This document shows positions 1 to 9,123 of a stretch of 29,184 nt of DNA, piece by piece. The notes beneath the pieces are model-generated. The model saw only the letters and a list, made by a program, of their open reading frames with translations. It ran no database searches and had not been told where the DNA came from. A program made the position numbers and the translations under genes. Source of the stretch: a virus. The stretch spans positions 1-29,184 of IMG/VR virus record IMGVR_UViG_3300022230_000138. One strand, 5' to 3'. Each line of letters opens with the position of its first letter. The first letter of the stretch is position 1.

Positions 1-123
1 GTGTAGCCTTCTCTGTAGAGTTGGATGGCGATTTTTTCTCTTTGCCGGGGGGTGATCTGTGTTTGGGTTGGTGATGGGTAGTTTTGGGGTTGGTGGGGTG
101 AGGTTGAGTCTTATTTTTGTCAT
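1..123 (-). CDS. Partial or frameshifted ORF at the left edge, possibly an HTH protein
   Basis: ATG at 123 with GGGTGA RBS 5 nt upstream; the frame is open to position 1. The +1 frame (56..3) reads ITPRQREKIAIQLYREGY, which resembles the first helix of an HTH domain. Confidence 0.35.
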   Translation of the reverse strand, partial: MTKIRLNLTPPTPKLPITNPNTDHPPAKRKNRHPTLQRRLH

Positions 124-128
124 TGGGC

Positions 129-503
129 TCACCCGCCTCCTTCGCTGTGGCGTATGATGATTTCTAGGATTTCTTCTTGTCCTCTGAGTTCTGTGACGAT
201 TCCTTCTTCGATTAGGGTTGCTTTTAGTTTCTGGTTTTCTGTGTAGATTGTTATCACTGCTCCTGTGGGGAGTGGTAGTCGTCGTGGGCCTCCTTCCTGG
301 AGGAGCCTGGCAAGGTTCTCCCTGGGGTTCTGGGTGGTTTGGATTGGTGTTGGCTGGTACCCTATCTCCTTGAGGCTTTTCCTGAGTTTTTCTTGTCGTT
401 CTTCCCGGACTCTCCGGATGTTTCCTCCGGGGAGTTGCAAGTATAGGTTTCCGTCCTGGTCCTCGTAGAAGTGGACTAGGCTGTCTGTTTCTTCCCATGT
501 CAT
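129..503 (-). CDS. Hypothetical early protein (124 aa; alternative GTG start at 512)
   Basis: GAGGTGA RBS upstream of ATG 503 (MTWEETDS...). A/C-rich codon usage matches the right-arm early genes. The TGA stop sits inside the RBS of the next gene. Confidence 0.75.
   Translation of the reverse strand: MTWEETDSLVHFYEDQDGNLYLQLPGGNIRRVREERQEKLRKSLKEIGYQPTPIQTTQNPRENLARLLQEGGPRRLPLPTGAVITIYTENQKLKATLIEEGIVTELRGQEEILEIIIRHSEGGG
323..342 (-). repeat. 20-bp inverted repeat, copy 1 (CCAAACCACCCAGAACCCCA on the minus strand)
   Basis: Exact match to 25287-25306 on the plus strand; encodes QTTQNP in the same frame in both genes. Confidence 0.9.
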
Positions 504-633
504 GTTTTTCACCTCTCATTCTTTCCTTTTTCTTTGTGTGTGGGGGTTGTGTGGTGTTCCCCCCTGTTTTCTTTTTCTGTTTCTTTTTGCATATATTTTT
601 TTTGTTCCGGTCTTCGTGGGATGGGTTTATATG
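489..633 (-). promoter_or_regulatory. Left early promoter/leader module
   Basis: On the minus strand: CATATAAA (633-626), AATATATG (597-590), CAAAAAGAAACAGAAA (589-574), G6...C5 stem, purine tract, GAGGTGA RBS and ATGACATGGGAAGAAA. Mirrored at 24524-24720 on the plus strand. Confidence 0.55.
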
Positions 634-736
634 TGTCGGGGCCCATATAGATTCTCATGGGGGTCTTGGGGTGTTGCGCGGCTGCTTTTTTTCGGGGTTT
701 GTGGTGGTCCCCTCGTCTGCAGTCTGGTCTCTCCAT
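509..736 (-). CDS. Possible small basic hypothetical protein (75 aa)
   Basis: GGAGGTGA RBS 4 nt before ATG 736; the TGA stop lies inside the RBS of the next gene. It is low-complexity and overlaps the regulatory module, so it may be non-coding. Confidence 0.3.
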   Translation of the reverse strand: MERPDCRRGDHHKPRKKAAAQHPKTPMRIYMGPDTYKPIPRRPEQKKYMQKETEKENRGEHHTTPTHKEKGKNER

Positions 737-836
737 GGTGTCACCTCCCATCGGGCTATCTGATGAGAGCCGCGCGATCCCCCCACCACTCTTTTTTGTC
801 CCATGTCATTCTTTTTTTCCCTCTTTTTTGTGGGGG

Positions 837-865
837 TCCTGGAAGTCATCCTGGAAGTCATCCTG
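837..865. repeat. 12-bp tandem repeat TCCTGGAAGTCA x2.4
   Basis: Copies at 837-848 and 849-860, partial copy at 861-865, in the divergent intergenic region. Confidence 0.9.
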
Positions 866-894
866 CAGGTGTGTGGATGGGGGTAGTGTCCACG

Positions 895-902
895 CATATA
901 TG
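895..902. promoter_or_regulatory. Palindromic TATA-like element CATATATG between the divergent operons
   Basis: The only AT-rich octamer immediately upstream of the rightward block; usable on either strand. Confidence 0.3.
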
Positions 903-916
903 TGAGGAGGGTCTCA

Positions 917-1387
917 GTGCCGTATTCTCGGCGTAAGGTTTGTGTGCGTTGCGGGGACCTCCTCCCCCCGTCCCGGAGGAAGTATTGTCCTGTCTGTGCT
1001 GTCCTGGTGAGGCGGGAGCAGAAGCGGGAGTATCAGAGGCGCTATCGTAGGATGATGCGTGGTCTTGGCCGTGAGGGTTTGGGTGAGGGCAGGTTGGGGC
1101 CTCATCGGAATCCTGATCCTCGTGTGGAGGCTGGGGTGGTTCGTCGGGAGCTTCGCAGGCTTCTTAGGCGTTCTAGTAGTGGTTTTCGGGGTTCTCAAGT
1201 GTCCCCGGGGCCATTGGCGATTCCTCCTCCTCTTCGGGGTTCATGTCCTGAGTGTTTTTCGGATCAGGTTGTCTGGGATCCGCTTCGGCGGGAGTTCTCG
1301 TGTCAGGAGTGTGGTTTGGTCCTTTCAGGGTCGTATGAGTATTCTGCGGGTGTCCGGGTTGATTTCCCGTGGGGTTTGGTTATTTAA
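917..1387 (+). CDS. Double zinc-finger protein with a C-terminal TFB/TFIIB-type zinc ribbon; putative transcription regulator
   Basis: N-terminal C-x2-C-x11-C-x2-C (941-997) followed by an Arg-rich helix. C-terminal CPEC-x15-CQEC-GLVL containing WDPLRREF (1244-1324). GAGGAGG RBS favours GTG 917 over 902. Confidence 0.85.
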   Translation: MPYSRRKVCVRCGDLLPPSRRKYCPVCAVLVRREQKREYQRRYRRMMRGLGREGLGEGRLGPHRNPDPRVEAGVVRRELRRLLRRSSSGFRGSQVSPGPLAIPPPLRGSCPECFSDQVVWDPLRREFSCQECGLVLSGSYEYSAGVRVDFPWGLVI

Positions 1388-1407
1388 GGCTTTTTTGAGG
1401 TGATGAT

Positions 1408-1659
1408 ATGGTTTTTGATCGGAGAAATGTGAATGGTTGGCTGAGCACGTACGTTCTCGGGTTTGTTGTGGTTTTTGAGGGCCTACTCCTGTCTAATCCT
1501 GATTTAGGGCTTCGTCTATTGGAGGATGTTGGTTTAGGGGCTTACGCGCCGCTTATCCTGAGTCTGGCGGCTTTTACGTATGATTTCCTGTATCCTCGTG
1601 CTTCTCGTCCACCTTCCACTTCCCCTACTGATGATGATGGTGGTGATGAGGGGGCATAG
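1408..1659 (+). CDS. Small two-TM membrane protein, holin-like
   Basis: GAGGTGA RBS; two hydrophobic stretches and a charged, acidic C-tail. The holin function is inferred. Confidence 0.65.
   Translation: MVFDRRNVNGWLSTYVLGFVVVFEGLLLSNPDLGLRLLEDVGLGAYAPLILSLAAFTYDFLYPRASRPPSTSPTDDDGGDEGA
1630..1647 (+). repeat. (GAT)3(GGT)2GAT microsatellite encoding DDDGGD
   Basis: Seen directly; a similar tract lies at 5372-5404. Confidence 0.8.
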
Positions 1660-1706
1660 CAGCCTCCTCAGTTCTGGTTTCTAGGATGTGGTGCGTGGAG
1701 GTTCTG

Positions 1707-2012
1707 ATGGTGGATCGGAAGCATGAGAACTCCTGTCTGAACGAAAAGAGGATCGAGCGGATTGAAGTGAACCTGGAGTCGCTCCGGGAGGGTTTTTCAG
1801 AGTATATGAGGCTGAACAGCGTCCAAGATGAGCGGATATGTGATCTAAAGGCGGATCTCGCTGAATACATGGAAGAGGCGAAGAATATGCGGCGGAGCGT
1901 CCTCCACCTTGAAGGAACGATAAATGAGATGCGCTGGGTCCTCAAAATCTTCATCGGGACGATGCTAGCGGCTATCGTGAAGGATCTGCTCATCTTCCTC
2001 GGTTTCAAGTGA
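1707..2012 (+). CDS. Coiled-coil protein with a C-terminal TM anchor (XhlA-like architecture)
   Basis: GGAGGT RBS before ATG 1707; heptad-like helix followed by hydrophobic WVLKIFIGTMLAAIVKDLLIFLGF. Confidence 0.7.
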   Translation: MVDRKHENSCLNEKRIERIEVNLESLREGFSEYMRLNSVQDERICDLKADLAEYMEEAKNMRRSVLHLEGTINEMRWVLKIFIGTMLAAIVKDLLIFLGFK

Positions 2013-2626
2013 AAATGGTGGTGATCAGTGTGGATGTGGACTGGGGCCTGGTGGAGAAGGAGTATGTTCATGGGGTGACGCGTGAGGATGGTTCTATCGT
2101 CTTCCCAACCCTGAAGGATCTCGCTGCGAAGCATGGGGTTTCATACCAGGCTGTTCTGAAACGCGCGAAGGATGGGGATTGGGGTAGCCGGCGTGAGAGG
2201 GTTCAGGAGCGTGTGAAGATTCATCTGGATCGTCTCAGGGCTGATCAGATCGCGAGGAGTATCGCGGGGATGGATCTGATCTTTTTCGAGACGAGCATGC
2301 GCCTGGCTCTTCTCTTGGGGGAGCATGTGGATCTCCTCCGCCAGAAAACGAGCCAAGGGGAGCTTGTTAGGAGCTCAGAGTTTTATAATATCTCCCTGGC
2401 CCTTAAATCCGCCTATGAAGTTTCCAAGGCCTCATTGGAGGATGGTGATGATAGTAAAGCTAAATCTGAGGGTAAGAAGGCGAGTAAATCCTCATCCAAT
2501 AAGTCCCTGTCCGTCACCGAGGTGAAGGAGAAGGCTGCGAAAAACCTGATGAAAAAGCTGATGAAGGAAAAAACAGAGAAAAGAAAGCCCCGCGTGATCG
2601 AACTGGAGGCGTCAGATGCTGATTGA
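2009..2626 (+). CDS. terS: Terminase small subunit
   Basis: N-terminal HTH pattern DW..VEKEY..G...TLKDLAAKHGVSYQAV.KRAK...W; lies directly upstream of and overlaps the large subunit. Confidence 0.85.
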   Translation: MKMVVISVDVDWGLVEKEYVHGVTREDGSIVFPTLKDLAAKHGVSYQAVLKRAKDGDWGSRRERVQERVKIHLDRLRADQIARSIAGMDLIFFETSMRLALLLGEHVDLLRQKTSQGELVRSSEFYNISLALKSAYEVSKASLEDGDDSKAKSEGKKASKSSSNKSLSVTEVKEKAAKNLMKKLMKEKTEKRKPRVIELEASDAD

Positions 2627-4018
2627 GGTGAAGGACCCCGCTGAACGCGTTGAGAAGAAGATGGAGGTCTTCAGGGAGCTGAAGGAGAAGGGGGAGTACG
2701 ATTTCCTCGACGAACACCCCAGGGAGTCCGTGGAGGCCTTCATCGAGGGGATAATCCTGAATGAGTTCATCCCCACCATCCCCACGCCAAAGCAGGCTCT
2801 TTTCCTCCTATCTGATGAACCCGAGGTCCTCTACGGTGGAGCGGCCGGTGGGGGGAAGTCCGAAGGCCTTCTGATGGCAGCACTGCAGTATGTTCACGTG
2901 GAGGACTATCGCGCGCTTCTCCTCCGCCGAAACTACCCCGAATTAACCCTCCCTGGTGGATTGATCGACCGTGCGCACCAGTGGCTCCACAGTACTGATG
3001 CTGAGTGGGCTGGTGAGAAGAAAACGTGGCGTTTCCCCTCCGGAGCCACATTGACATTCGGCCACATCGACGTTGACCGTGATAAGTACAGGTATCAGTC
3101 CACTGAGTTCCAGTTCATCGGATTCGACGAATTAACGGAATTCACGGAGCACCAGTACCTCTTCCTCTTCAGCAGGCTCCGTAAGACCTCCGATAACCCT
3201 GTGCCTCTCCGTATGCGGGCCGCGACGAACCCCACGGGCTCCGGGCTCCGCTGGGTCCGTAAACGATTCATACTAGATGAGGAAGCGCATTTCATCCCCG
3301 CCACGTTCCGCGATAACCCATTCCTCGACTCAAGCTACTTGGATTCCTTGAAGAAGCTCGATCCGATCACCAGACGCCAATTGAAAGATGGGGATTGGAT
3401 GGCTGAGGAGAAGGGCGGGCTCTTCGATGAGAAATGGTTTCAGCGCTTCGCACTGGACCCCCCGAACCTGTTGCGGAGGGTCCGGTTCTGGGATATAGCC
3501 TCCACGCCTCCAGGCGCGGGGAAAGACCCTGACTGGACCGTGGGGACCCTGATGGGTGTGGATGCGAATGGATACTACTACGTCCTGGACGTGGACCGTT
3601 TCCAGGCCAGCGCGAGGGACGTGGAGGAGCGTATACTCTGGAATGCTGAGAAGGATGGTCAGGACACGATCATATTGATTGAGCAGGAGCCAGGGGCCTC
3701 CGGGAAGATGGTAGTCGATTATTTTAAGCGGAAATTGGATGGGAAGATCGTGTATGGTGTTAGGCCGGTGAAGGACAAGTTTCAGCGAGCCAGGCCACTG
3801 AGCAGCTATGCTGAGGCCGGCAGGGTGTTTGTGCGGGATGCTCCGTGGAGTGATGACTTCCTCTACGAATTATCCGTCTTCCCACGCCCCGGAGTCCATG
3901 ATGACCAGGTGGACAGTGTCTGCGGGGCCTTCAACTACCTTATTCAGCGAGGAGGGTCCGATCTGGCCGTCTACGGGGCTGTGACGCGTGGAAAAGGACG
4001 TTTTGGACATGAGGTGAC

Positions 4019-4022
<4 letters not shown>
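2616..4022 (+). CDS. terL: Terminase large subunit
   Basis: Walker A YGGAAGGGKS, Walker B FIGFDELTEF, coupling motif ATNP, nuclease motifs RFWDIA, DWTVG and HDDQVDS. Confidence 0.97.
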
Positions 4023-5406
<1,384 letters not shown>

Positions 5407-5410
<4 letters not shown>

Positions 5411-6138
5411 CACCCGCTGACTTGGCCAGGATCACCCGGCGGAATATACGGACGGTGCAGGAAGCAGAGGCTCTCATAGATCGTCTTTTCCGTTCATACA
5501 GCGCCATCCTCAGCATAGACCCTGATGATATCCGTGATGATGATGAGTTCCTCCGCAGGCTCCGTGTTGAAGTGGAGAACCCGATCATGAGCATCCCAGG
5601 CCTTGAGAGGGTCATAGAGAAGGCTGCTGGGATAATCTCCCAGTACCCTGCGAGCATGGGTGAGATGCGGAGCCTGTACCATGTGATACTCGAAACTGGG
5701 ATCAGAACATACCTGTCCAAGGCGAACGCGGAGTTCCTGGCTGAGTTCCGCGCCTTCATCTCCCGGAGGGTGGCGGAGAAAACCCCATACACGGAGATAA
5801 TGAAGGAGCTCCATAGGAAATACTCAGAACTCCCCAGGTACCGTGTGAAAAGGGTGGTGCGGACGGAGATGATGCGGGCGAACAATCTGCTGAACTACTA
5901 CGCTGGGATCAAGGAATTCGGCCACGAGGCTTACTATCGGGTCACCACGCACCGTGACCCCTGCCCGATCTGCAGAGAACGGTACAAATTCGGTGAGGTG
6001 ATCTTCCCAGCCTCTGATACGGCGAATATACCCCCATTGCATCCTAATTGCCGCTGTACGATCTCATGGCTACCTCTCAGTGAGATTCCGGGGGATCTGA
6101 GGCGTCAGAGCCGCCAGCCGATCAGCAGAGGAGGGTAG
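5407..6138 (+). CDS. Head morphogenesis protein (SPP1 gp7 / Mu F-like)
   Basis: RVKRVVRTEMMRA, CPIC and PPLHPNCRCTI motifs; located after the portal gene. Confidence 0.92.
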
Positions 6139-6158
6139 ATTGTGGAGGTGGAAAAGAC

Positions 6159-7565
6159 ATGTCAACACCTGAAATCTTGGAAGCGTGCAGCGCGAAGAGC
6201 CCGGAGGGGAAAGCCCTCCTGAAAGTCTTCCGCAAGCTCGTGAAACGGTATAATCTCCGGCTTTCCAGTGATGAGTCTGGTTCCGGTCTCATTGGAGCGG
6301 CCGGGGGCCTCACGCAGAAGGATATAGAGGAAAGACGAAGCATGAACCTTGACTCGGACGGGGAGTGCAAGCTGAAGGAGGATGAGGATGTTGGAGGATG
6401 CCTAACCATCCCCGACGTGAAATACCTGGTCGCGAAGGCCCTTGGACTGAAAAACCACCGGTACGTCCGACCCATCCTCTACCAGGCCTTCAGGGAGGGT
6501 CTGCTCTCAGAGAATGATATGAAGGACGCAGGCTACGACCCAGAGAATGCTCTGAAGGCCTGCGACATCACACTCCTCGCCGAGGGTGAGATCACACCCT
6601 CAGTGGATGGTGAGGGCAGGCAGGTCCGGATCACCAGTGACTTCCTCCACGCCGTCCACAGGGCCTGTGAAGAGCAGATCCTCCTCCGAGGAGGTGTCTC
6701 TGTGGACGTGGACCACCTGCAGGATCACCAAACCATCCTCTCAGATGAGTATGGGGAGATAGCCCTGATCACAAGCGTCGAACTCACGGATGGGGTTCTG
6801 AAGGCCACCAGGATCCTCCCAATCCATCCAAGAGCCCTTGAAATCCTGAACGCAGGGTCGGGGAGGGGTGTGAGCATCGACGCGGAGGTGATCCTGGAGA
6901 AGGACGGACGGGTCCTCGTCCCCATGAAACTCGTCCATTTGAAGTCCTTCAGCGTGGTGGAGACACCGGCGTGTCCTATATGCTATGTTCACACCGTGGA
7001 GGCGTCCTATGGACGTATCCATGGTCATGGAAAGAATATGGAGGTGGATAGTATCCCAAAAGAGAAAGAAACAGTTCAAAGCGCCGTTAAAGGTGCTGAT
7101 GAACCAGAAGAAAACGTTGAGACTCCTGGAGCTGCTGACGCGCTCATGGCGGTCTCCAAGTTCCTGGAGGACCTCATAGGGCAGGCCCAGGATCTTTTAT
7201 CCGCCCTGGAACCCTTCCAAGGTGAAGGCGGGGCGCAGCAGTCACCCCCCAAGGTGGAAGAAGAGACTGAGACTCCTGAGAAGCCCGTGGAGGCTGTGAA
7301 AGCCGCTGAGGCTGAGGATGATCTCAGAGAACTGGCCGCGAAAAAGATGGTCCAGAAATATGTGGAGAAAGGCCTCGTGCACCCCTCAATCGTCTCGGAG
7401 CATGTTATGCTAGCCTCTCTCGCCCCGGAGGCGTATGAGAGGATCATGGAGTATGAACCACTCCATATCGAGGCCAGAAGACTCTCCGTCCCGAAGAAGA
7501 AGACTTCAAAGGACCCTGATCCGTATGAGGAGTTCCGGGCGGAGTTCAAAGAGTATTTGAGGTGA
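6159..7565 (+). CDS. Prohead protease-scaffold fusion with an N-terminal extension
   Basis: VDVDH (His), GVSID (Ser) and SVVETPAC motifs of assemblin-fold phage proteases, followed by an acidic low-complexity and helical scaffold-like region. Confidence 0.8.
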   Translation: MSTPEILEACSAKSPEGKALLKVFRKLVKRYNLRLSSDESGSGLIGAAGGLTQKDIEERRSMNLDSDGECKLKEDEDVGGCLTIPDVKYLVAKALGLKNHRYVRPILYQAFREGLLSENDMKDAGYDPENALKACDITLLAEGEITPSVDGEGRQVRITSDFLHAVHRACEEQILLRGGVSVDVDHLQDHQTILSDEYGEIALITSVELTDGVLKATRILPIHPRALEILNAGSGRGVSIDAEVILEKDGRVLVPMKLVHLKSFSVVETPACPICYVHTVEASYGRIHGHGKNMEVDSIPKEKETVQSAVKGADEPEENVETPGAADALMAVSKFLEDLIGQAQDLLSALEPFQGEGGAQQSPPKVEEETETPEKPVEAVKAAEAEDDLRELAAKKMVQKYVEKGLVHPSIVSEHVMLASLAPEAYERIMEYEPLHIEARRLSVPKKKTSKDPDPYEEFRAEFKEYLR

Positions 7566-7571
7566 TCAGGT

Positions 7572-8129
7572 ATGGCTAGAAAGTATAATATTGGTGAATT
7601 AGGCCCTAAAGTGGCTATGGAGCTCAGCGAAGGCACACTCACCTTCGCCGAGGTGAACACTGCCCGCGGAACCGAGATAGGGGCTTCATTCCAGGCCCCA
7701 AGCCGAAAGGGTGACATAGTGGAGATCGCGGGGGATATGAAGGTGAAAGCATCCCCACAGAGCTCCACGAATCCCCCACTGGGCGTTGTGGTTTCAGAAC
7801 CACAATTCCAGGGAAAGGAACCACAGGGCTCCCTCGGGGAAACCCTCACCGAAGGGAACTACAAACCAAGAATAGCGACCATAGAACTCTTCGGAAAGGC
7901 TGTGAGGACCATGAAACTCGTTTCAAGCAACGCAGCCGTCACAGCAGGCGACTACCTCGTTTTCGCCGGCGGAAACCAGAAAGTGAACAAGGCGACCGAT
8001 TCTGCGGTGAAATCCACCAGCATGATAGCCCTAGGATCCGCCCCTGCGAACAGCGGTGCTGAAATACCCGTCCTCCTCGGGTACTACATCCTGAGGGACA
8101 CGGACACAACCCAGGGTACTACATCCTGA
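7572..8129 (+). CDS. Head decoration/cement-like protein
   Basis: Lies between protease and capsid genes; small, Gly/Val-rich and beta-type (GDIVEI, PLGVVV, VTAGDYL). Confidence 0.6.
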   Translation: MARKYNIGELGPKVAMELSEGTLTFAEVNTARGTEIGASFQAPSRKGDIVEIAGDMKVKASPQSSTNPPLGVVVSEPQFQGKEPQGSLGETLTEGNYKPRIATIELFGKAVRTMKLVSSNAAVTAGDYLVFAGGNQKVNKATDSAVKSTSMIALGSAPANSGAEIPVLLGYYILRDTDTTQGTTS

Positions 8130-8148
8130 GGGACACGGACACAACCCA
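8079..8148 (+). repeat. Perfect 35-bp tandem duplication
   Basis: GGGTACTACATCCTGAGGGACACGGACACAACCCA at 8079-8113 and 8114-8148. Confidence 0.97.
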
Positions 8149-8181
8149 GTAGGGTGAAAAAGGAGATATGAGGTGATAGAT

Positions 8182-9123
8182 ATGGGAATAGAGACTGTTA
8201 AGACCGTTCCTGCAAGGCAGCTTTTTAGGAAGCACAATCTGGAATTCTACATGACAGAACTCCTCATACCAAGATTACGGTTCTTGGACGTCCTGGATCC
8301 GGTCCAGAACGAAACAGGGGAGTTCACCAGTGTGGTGGAGTCCGCAAACCCGCTCACTGACCTCGCGGACGGCTCACTATCCGAGCCAGTCCCAGCCACG
8401 GAACTAGCTGAGCTCACCATGATCAAATTCGAACCTAAACAGGCCATATCCGGGAACACCCTCGTTTTCGGGTACCAATTCGAGTACACGGATCAGCAGG
8501 CGAACAGGTCACAATTCGACTCTGATGTGAATCGTGCTATCCAGTACGCTGCCACAGGACTCGCGTACACGTTCAACACGTACGTGGCGAACGCCCTTGC
8601 GGAGGCGGCCGCCGCGGACGCCCCTGCAGACCTCACGGATTGGGGGGATCCTGACACCAGGCAGCCCAGGGCAGACCTCCTGGCGATCAGGAAGGCGTTC
8701 AATGAGGCCACTGGCGGCGTCTTCGTACCTGACAGGGTCTACATGGAAGCCGATCCATTCTACGCCCTCCAGGACTACATCATATCAGTAGAGGGCTCCA
8801 GGAACGTGATAGAACGCACACCACAGGAAGAAGAAGTCGACCTGGACGGATTAAGGATCTATAATGTCCAGAACACGATGGAGAACGCGAATTTCCTCGT
8901 TCTCAGCGGAAACATGAAACCAGGGATCCTAGAAAAGTACACGAACCCAGAATACGCAGCCCTCACCGGAAAGGAGGTGTACGGGATCCCCGATGGCCTC
9001 ATAAACGTGAATCAGTTCAAGGAGGATGGTGCGCCGCACCGTAACATCGTGGAACTCTGGATGGAGATCGGTGTGAACGTCCGCGAGCCAAAGAGCATCA
9101 TGGCCGGGACGATAAGCACGTGA
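8182..9123 (+). CDS. Major capsid protein (HK97 fold expected)
   Basis: Size ~313 aa and position in the head module; GAGGTGA RBS favours ATG 8182; P-domain-like QPRADLLAIRKAF...PDRVYM segment. Confidence 0.85.
   Translation: MGIETVKTVPARQLFRKHNLEFYMTELLIPRLRFLDVLDPVQNETGEFTSVVESANPLTDLADGSLSEPVPATELAELTMIKFEPKQAISGNTLVFGYQFEYTDQQANRSQFDSDVNRAIQYAATGLAYTFNTYVANALAEAAAADAPADLTDWGDPDTRQPRADLLAIRKAFNEATGGVFVPDRVYMEADPFYALQDYIISVEGSRNVIERTPQEEEVDLDGLRIYNVQNTMENANFLVLSGNMKPGILEKYTNPEYAALTGKEVYGIPDGLINVNQFKEDGAPHRNIVELWMEIGVNVREPKSIMAGTIST

Noticed and set aside
170-215. Further 13-bp inverted matches between the left gene and the endolysin or helicase genes (AAGGAATCGTCAC, AGAACTCAGAGGA)
   Set aside because: Short enough to arise by chance given the shared A/C-rich composition.
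1625-2134. Minus-strand ORFs with poly-His (also 5271-5885 and 4697-5413)
   Set aside because: The His/Ile runs are the antisense reading of (GAT/GGT)n tracts inside well-supported plus-strand genes.
7076-7849. Long antisense and alternative-frame ORFs (e.g. 7076-7849, 12143-12793, 14921-15568, 26363-27187, 27386-28243, 28289-28810)
   Set aside because: Shadows of strongly biased coding regions; no RBS, no motifs, and fully overlapped by better genes.
8079-8148. 35-bp repeat as a mini-CRISPR array or att site
   Set aside because: The copies abut with no spacer, and no integrase is present.
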